Source: Patescibacteria group bacterium (lineage in GTDB: Bacteria > Patescibacteriota > Minisyncoccia > GWC2-36-17 > M10-OD1-4). Taken from it: 61,076 nt of DNA. The notes beneath the pieces were generated by a model. It was not told the DNA's origin and did not search any database. It worked only from the letters and a program-made list of their open reading frames with translations. Of this stretch, positions 9,336 to 18,779 are shown in pieces. Every line of letters starts with the position of its first letter. Position 1 is the stretch's first letter. The stretch spans positions 1 to 61,076 of the forward strand of contig JBBTYT010000005.1 in NCBI GenBank assembly GCA_038061695.1, written 5' to 3'. The position numbers were made by a program, and so were the translations under genes.

Positions 9336-9646
9336 AAATATTAAATTGATAAATCGTTCATATCAAGATATCTCTGCGACACAGAATGGTTTACATAGAG
9401 TTACAACATAAATAGATCTATTTTAAAATGCATTTCTAAGATTTTTTATATTTTTGGCTATTTTAAATTCCATTTAAACAAATATAAGAATTAAAACTTA
9501 CATCTATAGACCCACCGCAGAAAATTCCGAAGAACTTATATCAAAAACAAATTAAATTTTAATATATTATATAATACTAAATAAACGTTTTTTTGTCAAA
9601 AACTTAGTGTATATAAAAATCTGACTTCTTACTTAGAATATTCTAA

Positions 9647-10369
9647 TCAATCCTTAATTATCGTTCCAATTTCCTTACCCTCAACCAACTTTAAGATAGA
9701 CTCTTTTTCTAAAAGATTAAAAACTATGATAGGCAGATTATTCTCCATAGCAAGCGTTATGGCAGGCATATCCATAATTTTAAGCTTCTTAATCACAACA
9801 TCATGATAGCTTATTTTTTTATACTTTTTTGCATCCTTGTTTTTAACTGGATCTTTATCATATACTCCTGAAACTTTTGTCGCTTTTGCTAGTATGTCGC
9901 AATGCATTTCAAGAGCCCTCAAAGTCGCCGCCGTATCAGTTGTAAAATATGGATTTCCCGTTCCAGCTGCAAAAATAATTACTCTGCCTTTTTCTAAATG
10001 TCTGATAGCTTTTCTTCTTATATACTGCTCGGCAACCTTAGGAACATCAATGGCACTCTGAACCCTTGTATGCATTCCTTTTTTCTCTAAGGCATCCTGC
10101 AAAGCAAGTGCATTCATAATAGTGGCGAGCATACCCATATAATCTGCTGTCGCTCTATCCATACTACGCGTTGAAGCTGTATATCCCCTAAAAATATTAC
10201 CTCCACCTATAACTATAGCTATATCAACGCCTTTCTCTACAACTTTTTTAATTTGTAAGGCTATATCATCTAAAACTTCAGGATCAATACCATATTGATG
10301 CGATCCCAAAAGCGCCTCCCCAGAAATTTTAAGTAATATTCTTTTATATTTTAACTTTGCTTTAGACAT
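9647..10369 (-). CDS. pyrH: UMP kinase
   Basis: [13 protein letters not shown]...[10 protein letters not shown]...[12 protein letters not shown]. The gene ends with TGA. Confidence 0.95.
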   Translation of the reverse strand: MSKAKLKYKRILLKISGEALLGSHQYGIDPEVLDDIALQIKKVVEKGVDIAIVIGGGNIFRGYTASTRSMDRATADYMGMLATIMNALALQDALEKKGMHTRVQSAIDVPKVAEQYIRRKAIRHLEKGRVIIFAAGTGNPYFTTDTAATLRALEMHCDILAKATKVSGVYDKDPVKNKDAKKYKKISYHDVVIKKLKIMDMPAITLAMENNLPIIVFNLLEKESILKLVEGKEIGTIIKD

Positions 10370-10491
10370 AAATTTAAATTAATTTTGATAATAGATCAAC
10401 GGCGTAATTTTCACAACGGAATTATTATGCATTAAGTCTATCATATCATTCAAGAAAGAAAATTGAAAATTTATGCTATAATTAGATTATT

Positions 10492-11394
10492 ATGATCCAA
10501 AAACTCACAATACAATTCTTAGAATACCTTGAAATAGAAAAAAATAGATCTCAAAAAACACTTGAGAATTATGACCATTATCTAAAAAGATTTTTAAATA
10601 CCACAAAAATAAAAAACCCCTCAGAGATAAGTCAGGATGTCATAAGACAATACAGAATATATTTAAACAGAGTAATGGATAAAAATAATAAAACATTAAA
10701 AAAAACTACTCAAAATTATCATATGATAGCCTTGCGGGCATTTTTAAAATATCTTGCCAAAATAGATATAAAAACCTTGAGTCCAGAAAAAATAGAACTT
10801 GGTAAAAACTCGGAAAGAGAAATAGTATTCCTAGACAATGAGGAGCTTAAAAGACTCCTCTATTCTCCGAAAGGAGATGATATTAGATCATTAAGAGATA
10901 AAGCAATATTAGAAACTCTTTTTTCTACAGGACTTCGTGTCTCTGAGCTTTGCTCTTTAAATAGAAACTCAATTAATATTAATAGCGGTGAATTTTCAGT
11001 TTTAGGAAAAGGCGGAAAAATAAGAATAGTATTTTTATCAGATTCTGCCAAGGATATTTTAAAAAAATATTTAACAAAAAGGGATGATATAGATAAAGCG
11101 CTTTTTGTAAGAGATACAAATCATAAAAAAAATAATCTAAGATTAACTGCAAGATCAATCCAAAGAATAATAAAAAAATATGCTATGCGAGCCGGAATAG
11201 TAAAAAATATATCACCCCATAAACTCCGCCATAGCTTTGCGACAGATCTACTGCAAAATGGCGCTGATATAAGATCCGTTCAATCTATGCTCGGACATTC
11301 AAGTATATCAACAACACAAATATACACCCACTATACAGATAGGCACCTGAAAGATATACATAAAAAATTCCACTCTAAAAATAAATTAAAATAA
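10492..11394 (+). CDS. xerC: tyrosine recombinase, XerC/XerD type
   Basis: SAM-like N-terminal domain. Catalytic region GLRVSEL...HKLRHSFATDLLQNGADIRSVQSMLGHSSISTTQIYTH carries the R-H-R-Y residues. Confidence 0.85.
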   Translation: MIQKLTIQFLEYLEIEKNRSQKTLENYDHYLKRFLNTTKIKNPSEISQDVIRQYRIYLNRVMDKNNKTLKKTTQNYHMIALRAFLKYLAKIDIKTLSPEKIELGKNSEREIVFLDNEELKRLLYSPKGDDIRSLRDKAILETLFSTGLRVSELCSLNRNSININSGEFSVLGKGGKIRIVFLSDSAKDILKKYLTKRDDIDKALFVRDTNHKKNNLRLTARSIQRIIKKYAMRAGIVKNISPHKLRHSFATDLLQNGADIRSVQSMLGHSSISTTQIYTHYTDRHLKDIHKKFHSKNKLK

Positions 11395-11403
11395 AAACCT
11401 ATT

Positions 11404-11787
11404 TTATTTTTCTTCTAAAGCACTCTCTATACTCTGAATTATATCTACAAGATGCACTTTAGTTTTAACAAAAAAAAGTGTCGCTCCCAACTGCATAACT
11501 CTCTCAATATCATCATCGCTTCCCTCATCAGAAATAACAAAGATTGGTATTCTTTTTAATCTCTCATCAGCCCTTAATTCTATAAGTGCTTCAAAACCAT
11601 TTTTTTTAGGTAAAGCAATCTCAAGCATAATAAGATCCGGGATCTCTGATTTTGCCATATCAATAAGATCTTCTCCATTAGAAGCGGAGATAACATTATA
11701 CCCTAAGGCACCCAACCTCTCCTTATAAACATTGCTGATTGCTAAATTATCCTCCGCTATTAATATTTTTTTTGAGTCATCTACCAT
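11404..11787 (-). CDS. stand-alone receiver-domain protein (CheY-like) with Glu at the phospho-acceptor position
   Basis: KILIAEDN...PDLIMLEIALPKKNG...IFVISDEG...FFVKT. The canonical acceptor Asp is E56 (codon GAG at 11620-11622, minus strand). Confidence 0.8.
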   Translation of the reverse strand: MVDDSKKILIAEDNLAISNVYKERLGALGYNVISASNGEDLIDMAKSEIPDLIMLEIALPKKNGFEALIELRADERLKRIPIFVISDEGSDDDIERVMQLGATLFFVKTKVHLVDIIQSIESALEEK

Positions 11788-11804
11788 ATTAATTTTTAGG
11801 TGGA

Positions 11805-12395
11805 TTATTTTTTCTTATTTTGCACTATTTTATCTATTATACCATAAGACTTAGCTTCTTGAGCTGACATAAAATAATCCCTGTCAGTATCTCCTTCTAT
11901 CTTTTTATACGACTGCCCTGTATGATTTACTAAAATATTATTTAACTTATCTTTTGTTTTTAATATATGTCTTGCAGTAATCTCTATGTCAGTTGCTTGT
12001 CCTTCCACTCCTCCCATAATCTGATGGATCATAACTTCTGAATTCGGCAAAATCAACCTTTTGCCCTTTTCTCCTGATGCAAGTAAAACCGCCCCCATAG
12101 AGGCCGCCATACCAACACATATAGTAGAAACATCGCTTTTTACATATTGCATGGTATCATAAATAGCAAGTCCAGCCGTAACAGAACCTCCAGGAGAATT
12201 TATATAAAGCTGAATATCTTTATCTGAGTCCAAAGAATCTAAAAATAAAAGCTGGGCAACAACTGTGTTTGCCATAGCATCATCAATGGGCCCGCTTAAA
12301 AATATTATCCTATCTTTTAAAAGTCTGGAATATATATCATAAGCCCTCTCTCCATAATTTGTTTTTTCTATAACTGTCGGTATTAAATAACTCAT
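11805..12395 (-). CDS. clpP: ATP-dependent Clp protease proteolytic subunit
   Basis: [18 protein letters not shown]...GMAASMGA...MIHQ gives the Ser-His-Asp triad context. Confidence 0.95.
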   Translation of the reverse strand: MSYLIPTVIEKTNYGERAYDIYSRLLKDRIIFLSGPIDDAMANTVVAQLLFLDSLDSDKDIQLYINSPGGSVTAGLAIYDTMQYVKSDVSTICVGMAASMGAVLLASGEKGKRLILPNSEVMIHQIMGGVEGQATDIEITARHILKTKDKLNNILVNHTGQSYKKIEGDTDRDYFMSAQEAKSYGIIDKIVQNKKK

Positions 12396-12411
12396 TTTTT
12401 TATTTTATAAT

Positions 12412-13689
12412 TTATTTCTGACTCTCTAAAAACTCAAAAACCTTTTCATTCGTTAAAACCATCCTTGCATATGACTTTAATCTTTCAGGATCCATAGTAT
12501 TTTCTTCTAATGAGGCCTCTTTATATCTTAATAAAAATTCATTTGCCTTTTTAACCACGCTCTCATCTTCCACTTCTATTTTTTCCTGTTTTGCCAATTC
12601 ATCAATAACCATAGATGCTTTTAATCTAATCTCCGCCTGAGGACGCATATCCTTTCTCAATTCGTCTCCGCTTTTTTTTAAATTTAAAAGATAAGATGCG
12701 AAATCTAACCCGTGCTGTTCAATACCAACCTTCATCTCTTCTGTCATCTTATCAAGTTCTTTTTCAATCATCACTTCCGGCAATTCAATTGTTGAATCCT
12801 TCGTAACTTTTTCTATTAGAGAATTCCTAAACTTCTCTTTTTCCTTCATCTCTTTTTCCTGTTTTATACCATCTCTTATACTATCTCTAAGTTCTTGAAA
12901 GGTTTGAAACTTTCCAAATGATTTTGCAAAATCATCATTAAGCTCTGGCAAAGAAACTTCAAAAACATTATTAGCCTTTACAAAAAATTCTAATTCTCTT
13001 CCTGCTAATTCCTTTTTAAAATAATCTTTCGGAAGAGTTATTTTAAAATTCTTTTTATCACCAACTTTCATTCCTATAATACTATCTTCAAAACCAGGAA
13101 TAAATTTTTTACCTCCAATCTTAACAGGATGATTTTTAGAATCTCCTCCTTCAATTTTAACACCCTCCAAACGAATTTCAAAATCAACTTCAGCCAAATC
13201 ACCTGTTTTTACCTCCCTATTTACTGATATCTCTTTTGCCCTTGAACCTTGTAAATTAAAGACGGCATCGTCAATTTCTTTTTCCTCCACCGTAACTTCC
13301 TTATCTCTATTTTTTACCAATTCCTTTGCAATTTTTTTATAATCCGAGAGCTTCACATCAGGATAAACAGATACTTCAACCTTAACAATAATAGGTTCTC
13401 CTTCTACAATTTTTTCAATTTGAAGATGTGGAAAATCTACCGACAATATATTATTCTCATTAACAAACTCATCATACTTTTTTTCAATAGCCATCTTTCC
13501 CGCCTTTTCAAATATCATTTGTTTGCCAACAACACCCTCTAAAACATCCCTAGGAGCTTTTCCTTTTCTAAATCCTTTTACCTCAACATCTTGTGATATT
13601 TCTTGTGCCGCATTATTAAGATATTTTGAAACCTCTACTGGTGATATTTCAAATTTAAATTCTACTTTTGACCCTTGTAATATTTTCAT
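12412..13689 (-). CDS. tig: trigger factor
   Basis: N-terminal ribosome-binding motif GFRKGKAPR, a central FKBP-like domain (GDLAEVDFE...FIPGFEDSIIGMKVGD) and a helical C-terminal domain. Confidence 0.9.
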   Translation of the reverse strand: MKILQGSKVEFKFEISPVEVSKYLNNAAQEISQDVEVKGFRKGKAPRDVLEGVVGKQMIFEKAGKMAIEKKYDEFVNENNILSVDFPHLQIEKIVEGEPIIVKVEVSVYPDVKLSDYKKIAKELVKNRDKEVTVEEKEIDDAVFNLQGSRAKEISVNREVKTGDLAEVDFEIRLEGVKIEGGDSKNHPVKIGGKKFIPGFEDSIIGMKVGDKKNFKITLPKDYFKKELAGRELEFFVKANNVFEVSLPELNDDFAKSFGKFQTFQELRDSIRDGIKQEKEMKEKEKFRNSLIEKVTKDSTIELPEVMIEKELDKMTEEMKVGIEQHGLDFASYLLNLKKSGDELRKDMRPQAEIRLKASMVIDELAKQEKIEVEDESVVKKANEFLLRYKEASLEENTMDPERLKSYARMVLTNEKVFEFLESQK

Positions 13690-13703
13690 CTTTTATCTTT
13701 CTT

Positions 13704-14234
13704 CTACTTTTTAAATTTTTCCTTATAGAGCTTGACGCCTTCCAAAATAACTTTCTTTGCTTCCAAGAGACCATCAATAGATGTAATTTTAACTTTCTTA
13801 TTTTGCAAATCCTTATAATGTTCGTAATAATGCTTTAACTCAGCCAAAATATGTTCCTCTATATCTGAAACATCTTTAATGCCATTAAACCTGGGATCAC
13901 CAGTAGGAACTGCTATAATCTTTTCATCTCTATCTCCGCTATCTATCATTCTCACAACAGCTACTGGTCTAACTTCAACTAAAATTCCTGGAAGAAGAGT
14001 GTATGTTGTCATTACGAGAACATCCAAAGGATCTCCATCATGCCAATAAGTTTGAGGTAAAAATCCGTAATCCATTGGAGAAAACATAGCAGAGTAAAGA
14101 ACTCTATCAAGTCTCATAAGTCCTGTTTCTTTATCTATTTCATATTTATTTGAAGATCCTTTAGGAATTTCAATTATTATGTTAAATTTTTCTGGTGATT
14201 CTTTTCCCAATGAAACATCATGCCAAGGATTCAT
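13704..14234 (-). CDS. ppa: inorganic pyrophosphatase (family I)
   Basis: IIEIPKGSSNKYEIDKETG...YGFLPQTYWHDGDPLDVLV. Confidence 0.95.
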   Translation of the reverse strand: MNPWHDVSLGKESPEKFNIIIEIPKGSSNKYEIDKETGLMRLDRVLYSAMFSPMDYGFLPQTYWHDGDPLDVLVMTTYTLLPGILVEVRPVAVVRMIDSGDRDEKIIAVPTGDPRFNGIKDVSDIEEHILAELKHYYEHYKDLQNKKVKITSIDGLLEAKKVILEGVKLYKEKFKK

Positions 14235-14346
14235 TAATTTATAAATAATAAATGACGAATTATGAATTAGATAATGCTAATCTAATTCTTTCTTCTTGAT
14301 TCATTATTTGAATTATTTAATTCTTCTAATATCATCCACATTTAAC

Positions 14347-15582
14347 TTATAGCATATCTTTCGGCTCTTTTGCTATATCATCATCCACAAAGTTAGGATC
14401 ATCCTCAATTTGAGTCTCTTCTACAACAGATGCCTTAACATCTATCTTCCAACCTGTCAACTTAGCGGCTAATCTAACATTTTGTCCACCCTTACCTATA
14501 GCAAGCGAAAGCTGGTCATTAGGAACTATAACTGACGCTATTCTTTCAACTTCATTTATCTCTATACCAACAACTTTAGATGGTGACAAGGAATTTGAAA
14601 TAAATTCTGATGGAATTTCTGACCACTCAATAATATCTATCTTCTCTCTATTTAACTCAGAAATAATTGTATTTATTCTACTTCCTTTTTGTCCAACACA
14701 TGAGCCTATTGGATCAATACCTTCTTTAATTGTATAAACAGCAACCTTTGATCTTGACCCTGCCTCCCTTGCTATTGACTTTATTTCTACAACACCTGAA
14801 GCAATTTCAGGAATTTCAAGCTCAAATAATCTTGCTATCATCTTAGGATGTGATCTTGAAACTAAAATAACAGGTCCCTTTGTGGTTGTTTCAACTTTTA
14901 CTATATAAACTCTCAATCTTTCTCCAATCCTATACTGTTCTCCTGAAACCTGCTCTTCCGGATACATAATTCCTGTTGTTTTCCCTAAATCAACAATAAC
15001 ATTTCTTCCTTCCAATCTCTGAACTTGAACATTGACAATTTCACCCTCTCTCTCTCTAAATTCCGAAAGCACAACTTCTCTCTCAACTTCGCGTAATCTT
15101 TGAACTATAACCTGTTTTGCTGTTTGAGCCGCTATTCTTCCAAAATCATCGTGTGATTCCAGAGGAAATACAACCTCCCCGTCAATCTCAACATCTTTTT
15201 TTATCTTTTTAGCATCTGCGATCATTATATGCCGATCTTCATTAAATCTAACTTTTCTTATATAGTTTTCATCCTCCTCAATATTCTTCTTTTCCTTATC
15301 TAAAAAAATCATCCTTTCTTCATCTGACATAACCTCCTCTTTATCTACATCTTCCTGACTCTTCACACGACTTTCATCAACAACAGTCTTAATCTGAAAA
15401 ATCTGCATTTGACCACTTTCCGGATCAAGTTTCACCCTAATAATTTGGCTCCTTGTGCCGTAATCTTTTTTATATGCCGCCGCTATAGCAATCTCAATAG
15501 TATCTATAATTCTCTCTTTTGGAATTCCCTTTTCTTCCGCTATTTGATTTATAGCAACCAAAAATTGTTTTGTATCTATCAT
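14347..15582 (-). CDS. nusA: transcription termination/antitermination factor NusA
   Basis: The N-terminal domain (LVAINQIAEEKGIP) is followed by S1 (GEIVNVQVQRLEGRNVIVDLG) and two KH domains (GSCVGQKGSRI, AIGKGGQNVRLA). I chose the start at M32 of the track ORF (ATG at 15582). Confidence 0.92.
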   Translation of the reverse strand: MIDTKQFLVAINQIAEEKGIPKERIIDTIEIAIAAAYKKDYGTRSQIIRVKLDPESGQMQIFQIKTVVDESRVKSQEDVDKEEVMSDEERMIFLDKEKKNIEEDENYIRKVRFNEDRHIMIADAKKIKKDVEIDGEVVFPLESHDDFGRIAAQTAKQVIVQRLREVEREVVLSEFREREGEIVNVQVQRLEGRNVIVDLGKTTGIMYPEEQVSGEQYRIGERLRVYIVKVETTTKGPVILVSRSHPKMIARLFELEIPEIASGVVEIKSIAREAGSRSKVAVYTIKEGIDPIGSCVGQKGSRINTIISELNREKIDIIEWSEIPSEFISNSLSPSKVVGIEINEVERIASVIVPNDQLSLAIGKGGQNVRLAAKLTGWKIDVKASVVEETQIEDDPNFVDDDIAKEPKDML

Positions 15583-15797
15583 AATATTTTTTAAATTAAT
15601 TATTGACTTTAAATTTTTATAATTATAATTTAAAGTATCTCTATGAAAAATGCCCGCCATTACTGACAGACACACCTAAGAATAATCATTACCAATATTT
15701 AATATATTATTCTAAATAAGAAGTTATGTCAATAGATTGCATCTTGCCTATTTTATCTATTAAATTTATTTAAATAATTTATTGAATAAGGAAATTG

Positions 15798-15859
15798 TGT
15801 GGATAGTTATTTCCCTTTCATTTCCTTATTATTTCCCTATTGCCCCCAAGTTATCCACA
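15798..15859. promoter_or_regulatory. inverted pair of DnaA-box-like 9-mers bracketing three 11-bp-phased ATTTCCYT repeats
   Basis: TGTGGATAG (15798-15806) and TTATCCACA (15851-15859, perfect consensus). ATTTCCCT, ATTTCCTT and ATTTCCCT start at 15809, 15820 and 15831. Confidence 0.4.
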
Positions 15860-15922
15860 GATGTCTAAATTACAAAATTTAGTTATACTTAAATAATACT
15901 AAATCATCTCTAAAATAATAAA

Positions 15923-16288
15923 ATGCCGAGTGAAAAAAGAAAATTTGGAGATATTGGGGAAGATATAGCAAATAAATATTTAAAAAATATTGGATATTCT
16001 ATAATAGAGAAAAATTACCAATTGAAATTTGGTGAGATTGATATTATAGCACAAAAAGGTAATGAGATGATATTTATTGAAGTTAAAACATCAAATATAC
16101 ACTCAACAATACAACCGGAAGAAAACCTCACTAAGTCTAAATTGCATAAATTAGCGAAAAGTATAGAGATTTACCTTATTTCTCACACGCTATCTGAAAG
16201 ATTCACTTGGAGATTAGATTTAATATCTGTAAAACTTAATGAAAAGACTAGAAAAGCTTCTTTGGAACATTTTAAAAATATATTTTAA
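15923..16288 (+). CDS. yraN: YraN-family (UPF0102) endonuclease-like protein
   Basis: [45 protein letters not shown]. Confidence 0.85.
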   Translation: MPSEKRKFGDIGEDIANKYLKNIGYSIIEKNYQLKFGEIDIIAQKGNEMIFIEVKTSNIHSTIQPEENLTKSKLHKLAKSIEIYLISHTLSERFTWRLDLISVKLNEKTRKASLEHFKNIF

Positions 16289-16358
16289 CTAATCACAAAG
16301 TTACTGCAATTTATAATTTAAAGTTATGTAACACCCGTAACACCCGAAACATCCGAGG

Positions 16359-17777
16359 TTACACCCTAAACTTTTTTTTCTCCTCCTTCTCTATAATCTC
16401 AATACTCTCTTCAGATTTTTTAACCATCCCTGATAAATCACTAATAGAAAATTCATTTAATTCTTTAACTCTTTTTTCGAGATATTCCTTATGATTTCTA
16501 TTAGAATCATCTAAAACATCTGATAAAAGAGCATTTAATATCAATCCAACTTTTGGTCCAGGTTTAATATCTAATAATTTCATAAGATCAGCCCCATTTA
16601 TCTTCAACATTTTAACTGATATAGGATCTTTAGAAACCTTATCTATCATATATTTAAAATGCCTCAATTTATAAGGCTCTGCTTTTGGCGTTCCTGAACC
16701 TATTCTATCTGCATATCTAACCTTAATTAAATCCTCCATATTTTCTAATCCAACCTTGCTCACCAATCTTCTTACTGATGACTCAGAGACCTCATCAACA
16801 TTATAATAGAATAAATGATACCTCACGAGCAAAACGACTTTATCTATTTCCTCATTTGAAAATTTTAGTCTTTTCATTATATTCCTAGTTATTTTAGCTC
16901 CAACTATATCATGATTATAGAAAGTTGAATTATAACCATCACCTTGTTTAGTTTGTGGTTTAGCGACATCATGAAATAAAGCCCCCAAACGCACCTCTAA
17001 AGAATATTTTTGCTCTGCTGTATATTGTAAAGCATTAATATTATGCTCATAAACATCGTAAATATGGTGTTTATTCTGCCCTACACCAACACCACTAAAT
17101 GTCTCAGGTATCACAAATTTCAATAAATTCAACTTCAACATTAGGTCAAAGCCATATTTTGGATTATCAGAGATAACTATCTTTACAATCTCATCTCTTA
17201 TTCTTTCTTTTGAAACAAATGCAATATTTCCTGATAATAGGGAAATTTCCCTTTCCGTATCTTCCTCAATCTTAAAATTTAATTGGGAAGCAAATCTCAC
17301 AGCCCTCATTAACCTCAAAGCATCCTCTTTGAATCTATCTTCTGGATTACCAACAGCACGAATTTCTTTATTTTTTAAATCTTTCTGGCCATCAAATGGA
17401 TCTATGATTTCGCCACTGGAGCCTAAGGCCATAGCATTTATAGTGAAATCTCTTCTTTTTAAATCTTCTTTAAGGTTTTTTGTATATTCTACAGAATCTG
17501 GATGCCTTTTATCTGAATAATCAGCATCAATCCTATAAGTAGTAACTTCTATTTGAAAAGTCTCAATAAAAACAGTTACTGTTCCGAATTTATTAATATA
17601 AATGGTTTTAGAAAATAGTCCTTGGATCTCTTCCGGTAAAGCGCTAGTTGCAATATCCCAATCTTTTGGCTCTTTGCCAATCAAAAAATCACGCACACAA
17701 CCGCCGACAGCATATGCTTCAAATCCAGCTTTATTAAGCTCTTCTATTACAAAAATAACTTCTTTTTTTAATTTCAT
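16359..17777 (-). CDS. cca: CCA-adding tRNA nucleotidyltransferase (poly(A) polymerase family with HD domain)
   Basis: GFEAYAVGGCVRDFLIGKEPKDWDIAT, RRDFTINAMA and a C-terminal HD region (LFHDVAKP). Confidence 0.9.
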   Translation of the reverse strand: MKLKKEVIFVIEELNKAGFEAYAVGGCVRDFLIGKEPKDWDIATSALPEEIQGLFSKTIYINKFGTVTVFIETFQIEVTTYRIDADYSDKRHPDSVEYTKNLKEDLKRRDFTINAMALGSSGEIIDPFDGQKDLKNKEIRAVGNPEDRFKEDALRLMRAVRFASQLNFKIEEDTEREISLLSGNIAFVSKERIRDEIVKIVISDNPKYGFDLMLKLNLLKFVIPETFSGVGVGQNKHHIYDVYEHNINALQYTAEQKYSLEVRLGALFHDVAKPQTKQGDGYNSTFYNHDIVGAKITRNIMKRLKFSNEEIDKVVLLVRYHLFYYNVDEVSESSVRRLVSKVGLENMEDLIKVRYADRIGSGTPKAEPYKLRHFKYMIDKVSKDPISVKMLKINGADLMKLLDIKPGPKVGLILNALLSDVLDDSNRNHKEYLEKRVKELNEFSISDLSGMVKKSEESIEIIEKEEKKKFRV

Positions 17778-17885
17778 AATTTAAATATACCATATAAGAT
17801 CGATTATTTACAATCGTGAAAAAAATATAAGTTGTATAAGTTTGATTTTAAATAAAATTTAATATATCATTCTTTTCATGCGCTT

Positions 17886-17960
17886 GCTCTCGTCGTTCAA
17901 TGGATAAGACACTCCCCTGCGAAGGGAGAAATGCAGGTTCGATTCCTGCCGAGAGCACCA
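17886..17960 (+). tRNA. tRNA-Arg(GCG), CCA encoded
   Basis: Manual cloverleaf: acceptor GCTCTCG/CGAGAGC, anticodon stem CTCCC/GGGAG, loop CTGCGAA (anticodon GCG), T arm GCAGG-TTCGATT-CCTGC, discriminator A, 3' CCA. Confidence 0.9.
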
Positions 17961-18050
17961 CGTAGGAAAAGTCAATTCGAACCATATTTTAGGAGAAAGA
18001 AGAAAAGAAAAATTTTTAATAATTGAATTCATAGGATTTTGAGCAAAAAA

Positions 18051-18072
18051 CAGCAGAAATGCTGATTTTTTT
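18051..18072 (+). terminator. short hairpin + T-run after tRNA-Arg
   Basis: CAGCA-GAAA-TGCTG followed by ATTTTTTT. An A-run upstream makes it potentially bidirectional. The stem is only 5 bp. Confidence 0.4.
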
Positions 18073-18200
18073 ATTTGGCTTGACAACAAACACCAGATAT
18101 GTTAACCTTTGCATAGAGAATCGGAATCGTCCGAAATCCCCTTACCATGAGGGAATCGTGGTAGTAGCACATTCCAAAAAACGAAAGGAGACATAGTAGT

Positions 18201-18701
18201 ATGAACATCAACAGGCTGTATCAGATCCTTCGGGAAACCACCGCTCAACTTCGGAAGGGCGGGGAAATCGAAGGCGACCCCAAGCTCGTGGACGCCGTCA
18301 AGAACTTCAAGGAAGGCGACAACATCGACAAGCTCCCCGGTGGCTCGGTGCACATCTACGCCATGCCACACGAATCGCAGACAAAGGACGGCATCGAGAA
18401 GGTGGACCTCCACTTCATCGTCGTGGGCGTGGACAAGGCCAAGGCGGAGCATTACAAGGACGAGCTCATCGCCATCCTCAAGACCTACCCGCAGCCGGAG
18501 CGCCTCGCTGGTGGTCCCTCCTACATCGAAGTCGGCAGTGAGATTGGCGACCAGGGGGTGGCGTTCCAGTTGTTTGCCCTCGGCAAGGTTCTCGGTCTCT
18601 GGGACATCATCACGCCGGAGAAATTTGGCTTAACCGGGTCCGAGGCAAACGAGATGGCGAGCATGGGCTTCGTGATGATAAGTGGTTTCAAAGCCGCCTA
18701 A
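18201..18701 (+). CDS. hypothetical protein (166 aa) with a high-GC, GC3-rich coding sequence; no family recognised
   Basis: SD AAAGGAG lies 8 nt upstream of the ATG. There is a strong third-position G/C bias (AAC ATC AAC AGG CTG ... GAC GCC GTC AAG AAC TTC AAG). A strong terminator follows immediately. Shadow ORFs on other frames are typical of high-GC coding DNA. Confidence 0.8.
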   Translation: MNINRLYQILRETTAQLRKGGEIEGDPKLVDAVKNFKEGDNIDKLPGGSVHIYAMPHESQTKDGIEKVDLHFIVVGVDKAKAEHYKDELIAILKTYPQPERLAGGPSYIEVGSEIGDQGVAFQLFALGKVLGLWDIITPEKFGLTGSEANEMASMGFVMISGFKAA

Positions 18702-18734
18702 CTCACGAGCAATCAGTTCCGTTTGTTTCATCAC

Positions 18735-18779
18735 GAGCCCCTTGCGAAACACGTTTTCGCTCGGGGCTCTATTTTTTTC
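18735..18779 (+). terminator. strong rho-independent terminator
   Basis: Interrupted stem GAGCCCC-tt-GCGAAA [cacgt] TTTCGC-tc-GGGGCTC, followed by TATTTTTTT. Confidence 0.8.

Noticed and set aside
10492-11394. The tyrosine recombinase as an integrase of a mobile element
   Set aside because: It has native low-GC composition and sits among housekeeping genes (pyrH, clpP). It is 5-7 kb from either tRNA-linked islet, with no flanking repeats. A chromosomal Xer-type dimer-resolution role is the simpler reading.
18080-18108. TTGACA-17 nt-TAACCT as the promoter of the high-GC orphan gene, and the GGAATCGT direct repeat (about 18122 and 18152) in its leader as a riboswitch-like element
   Set aside because: The -10 hexamer matches only 3/6 and the repeat is just 8 bp. 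I could not fold a convincing structure by eye, so it is too weak to call.
18102-18452. 116-aa minus-strand ORF, and the 97-aa plus-strand ORF at 18340-18633, inside the high-GC segment
   Set aside because: Both overlap the 18201-18701 gene. That gene has the SD, the ATG, the GC3 bias and the terminator. Long stop-free shadow frames are expected in high-GC coding DNA. The 97-aa frame is Arg/Ser/Thr/Pro-rich, typical of an off-frame translation.
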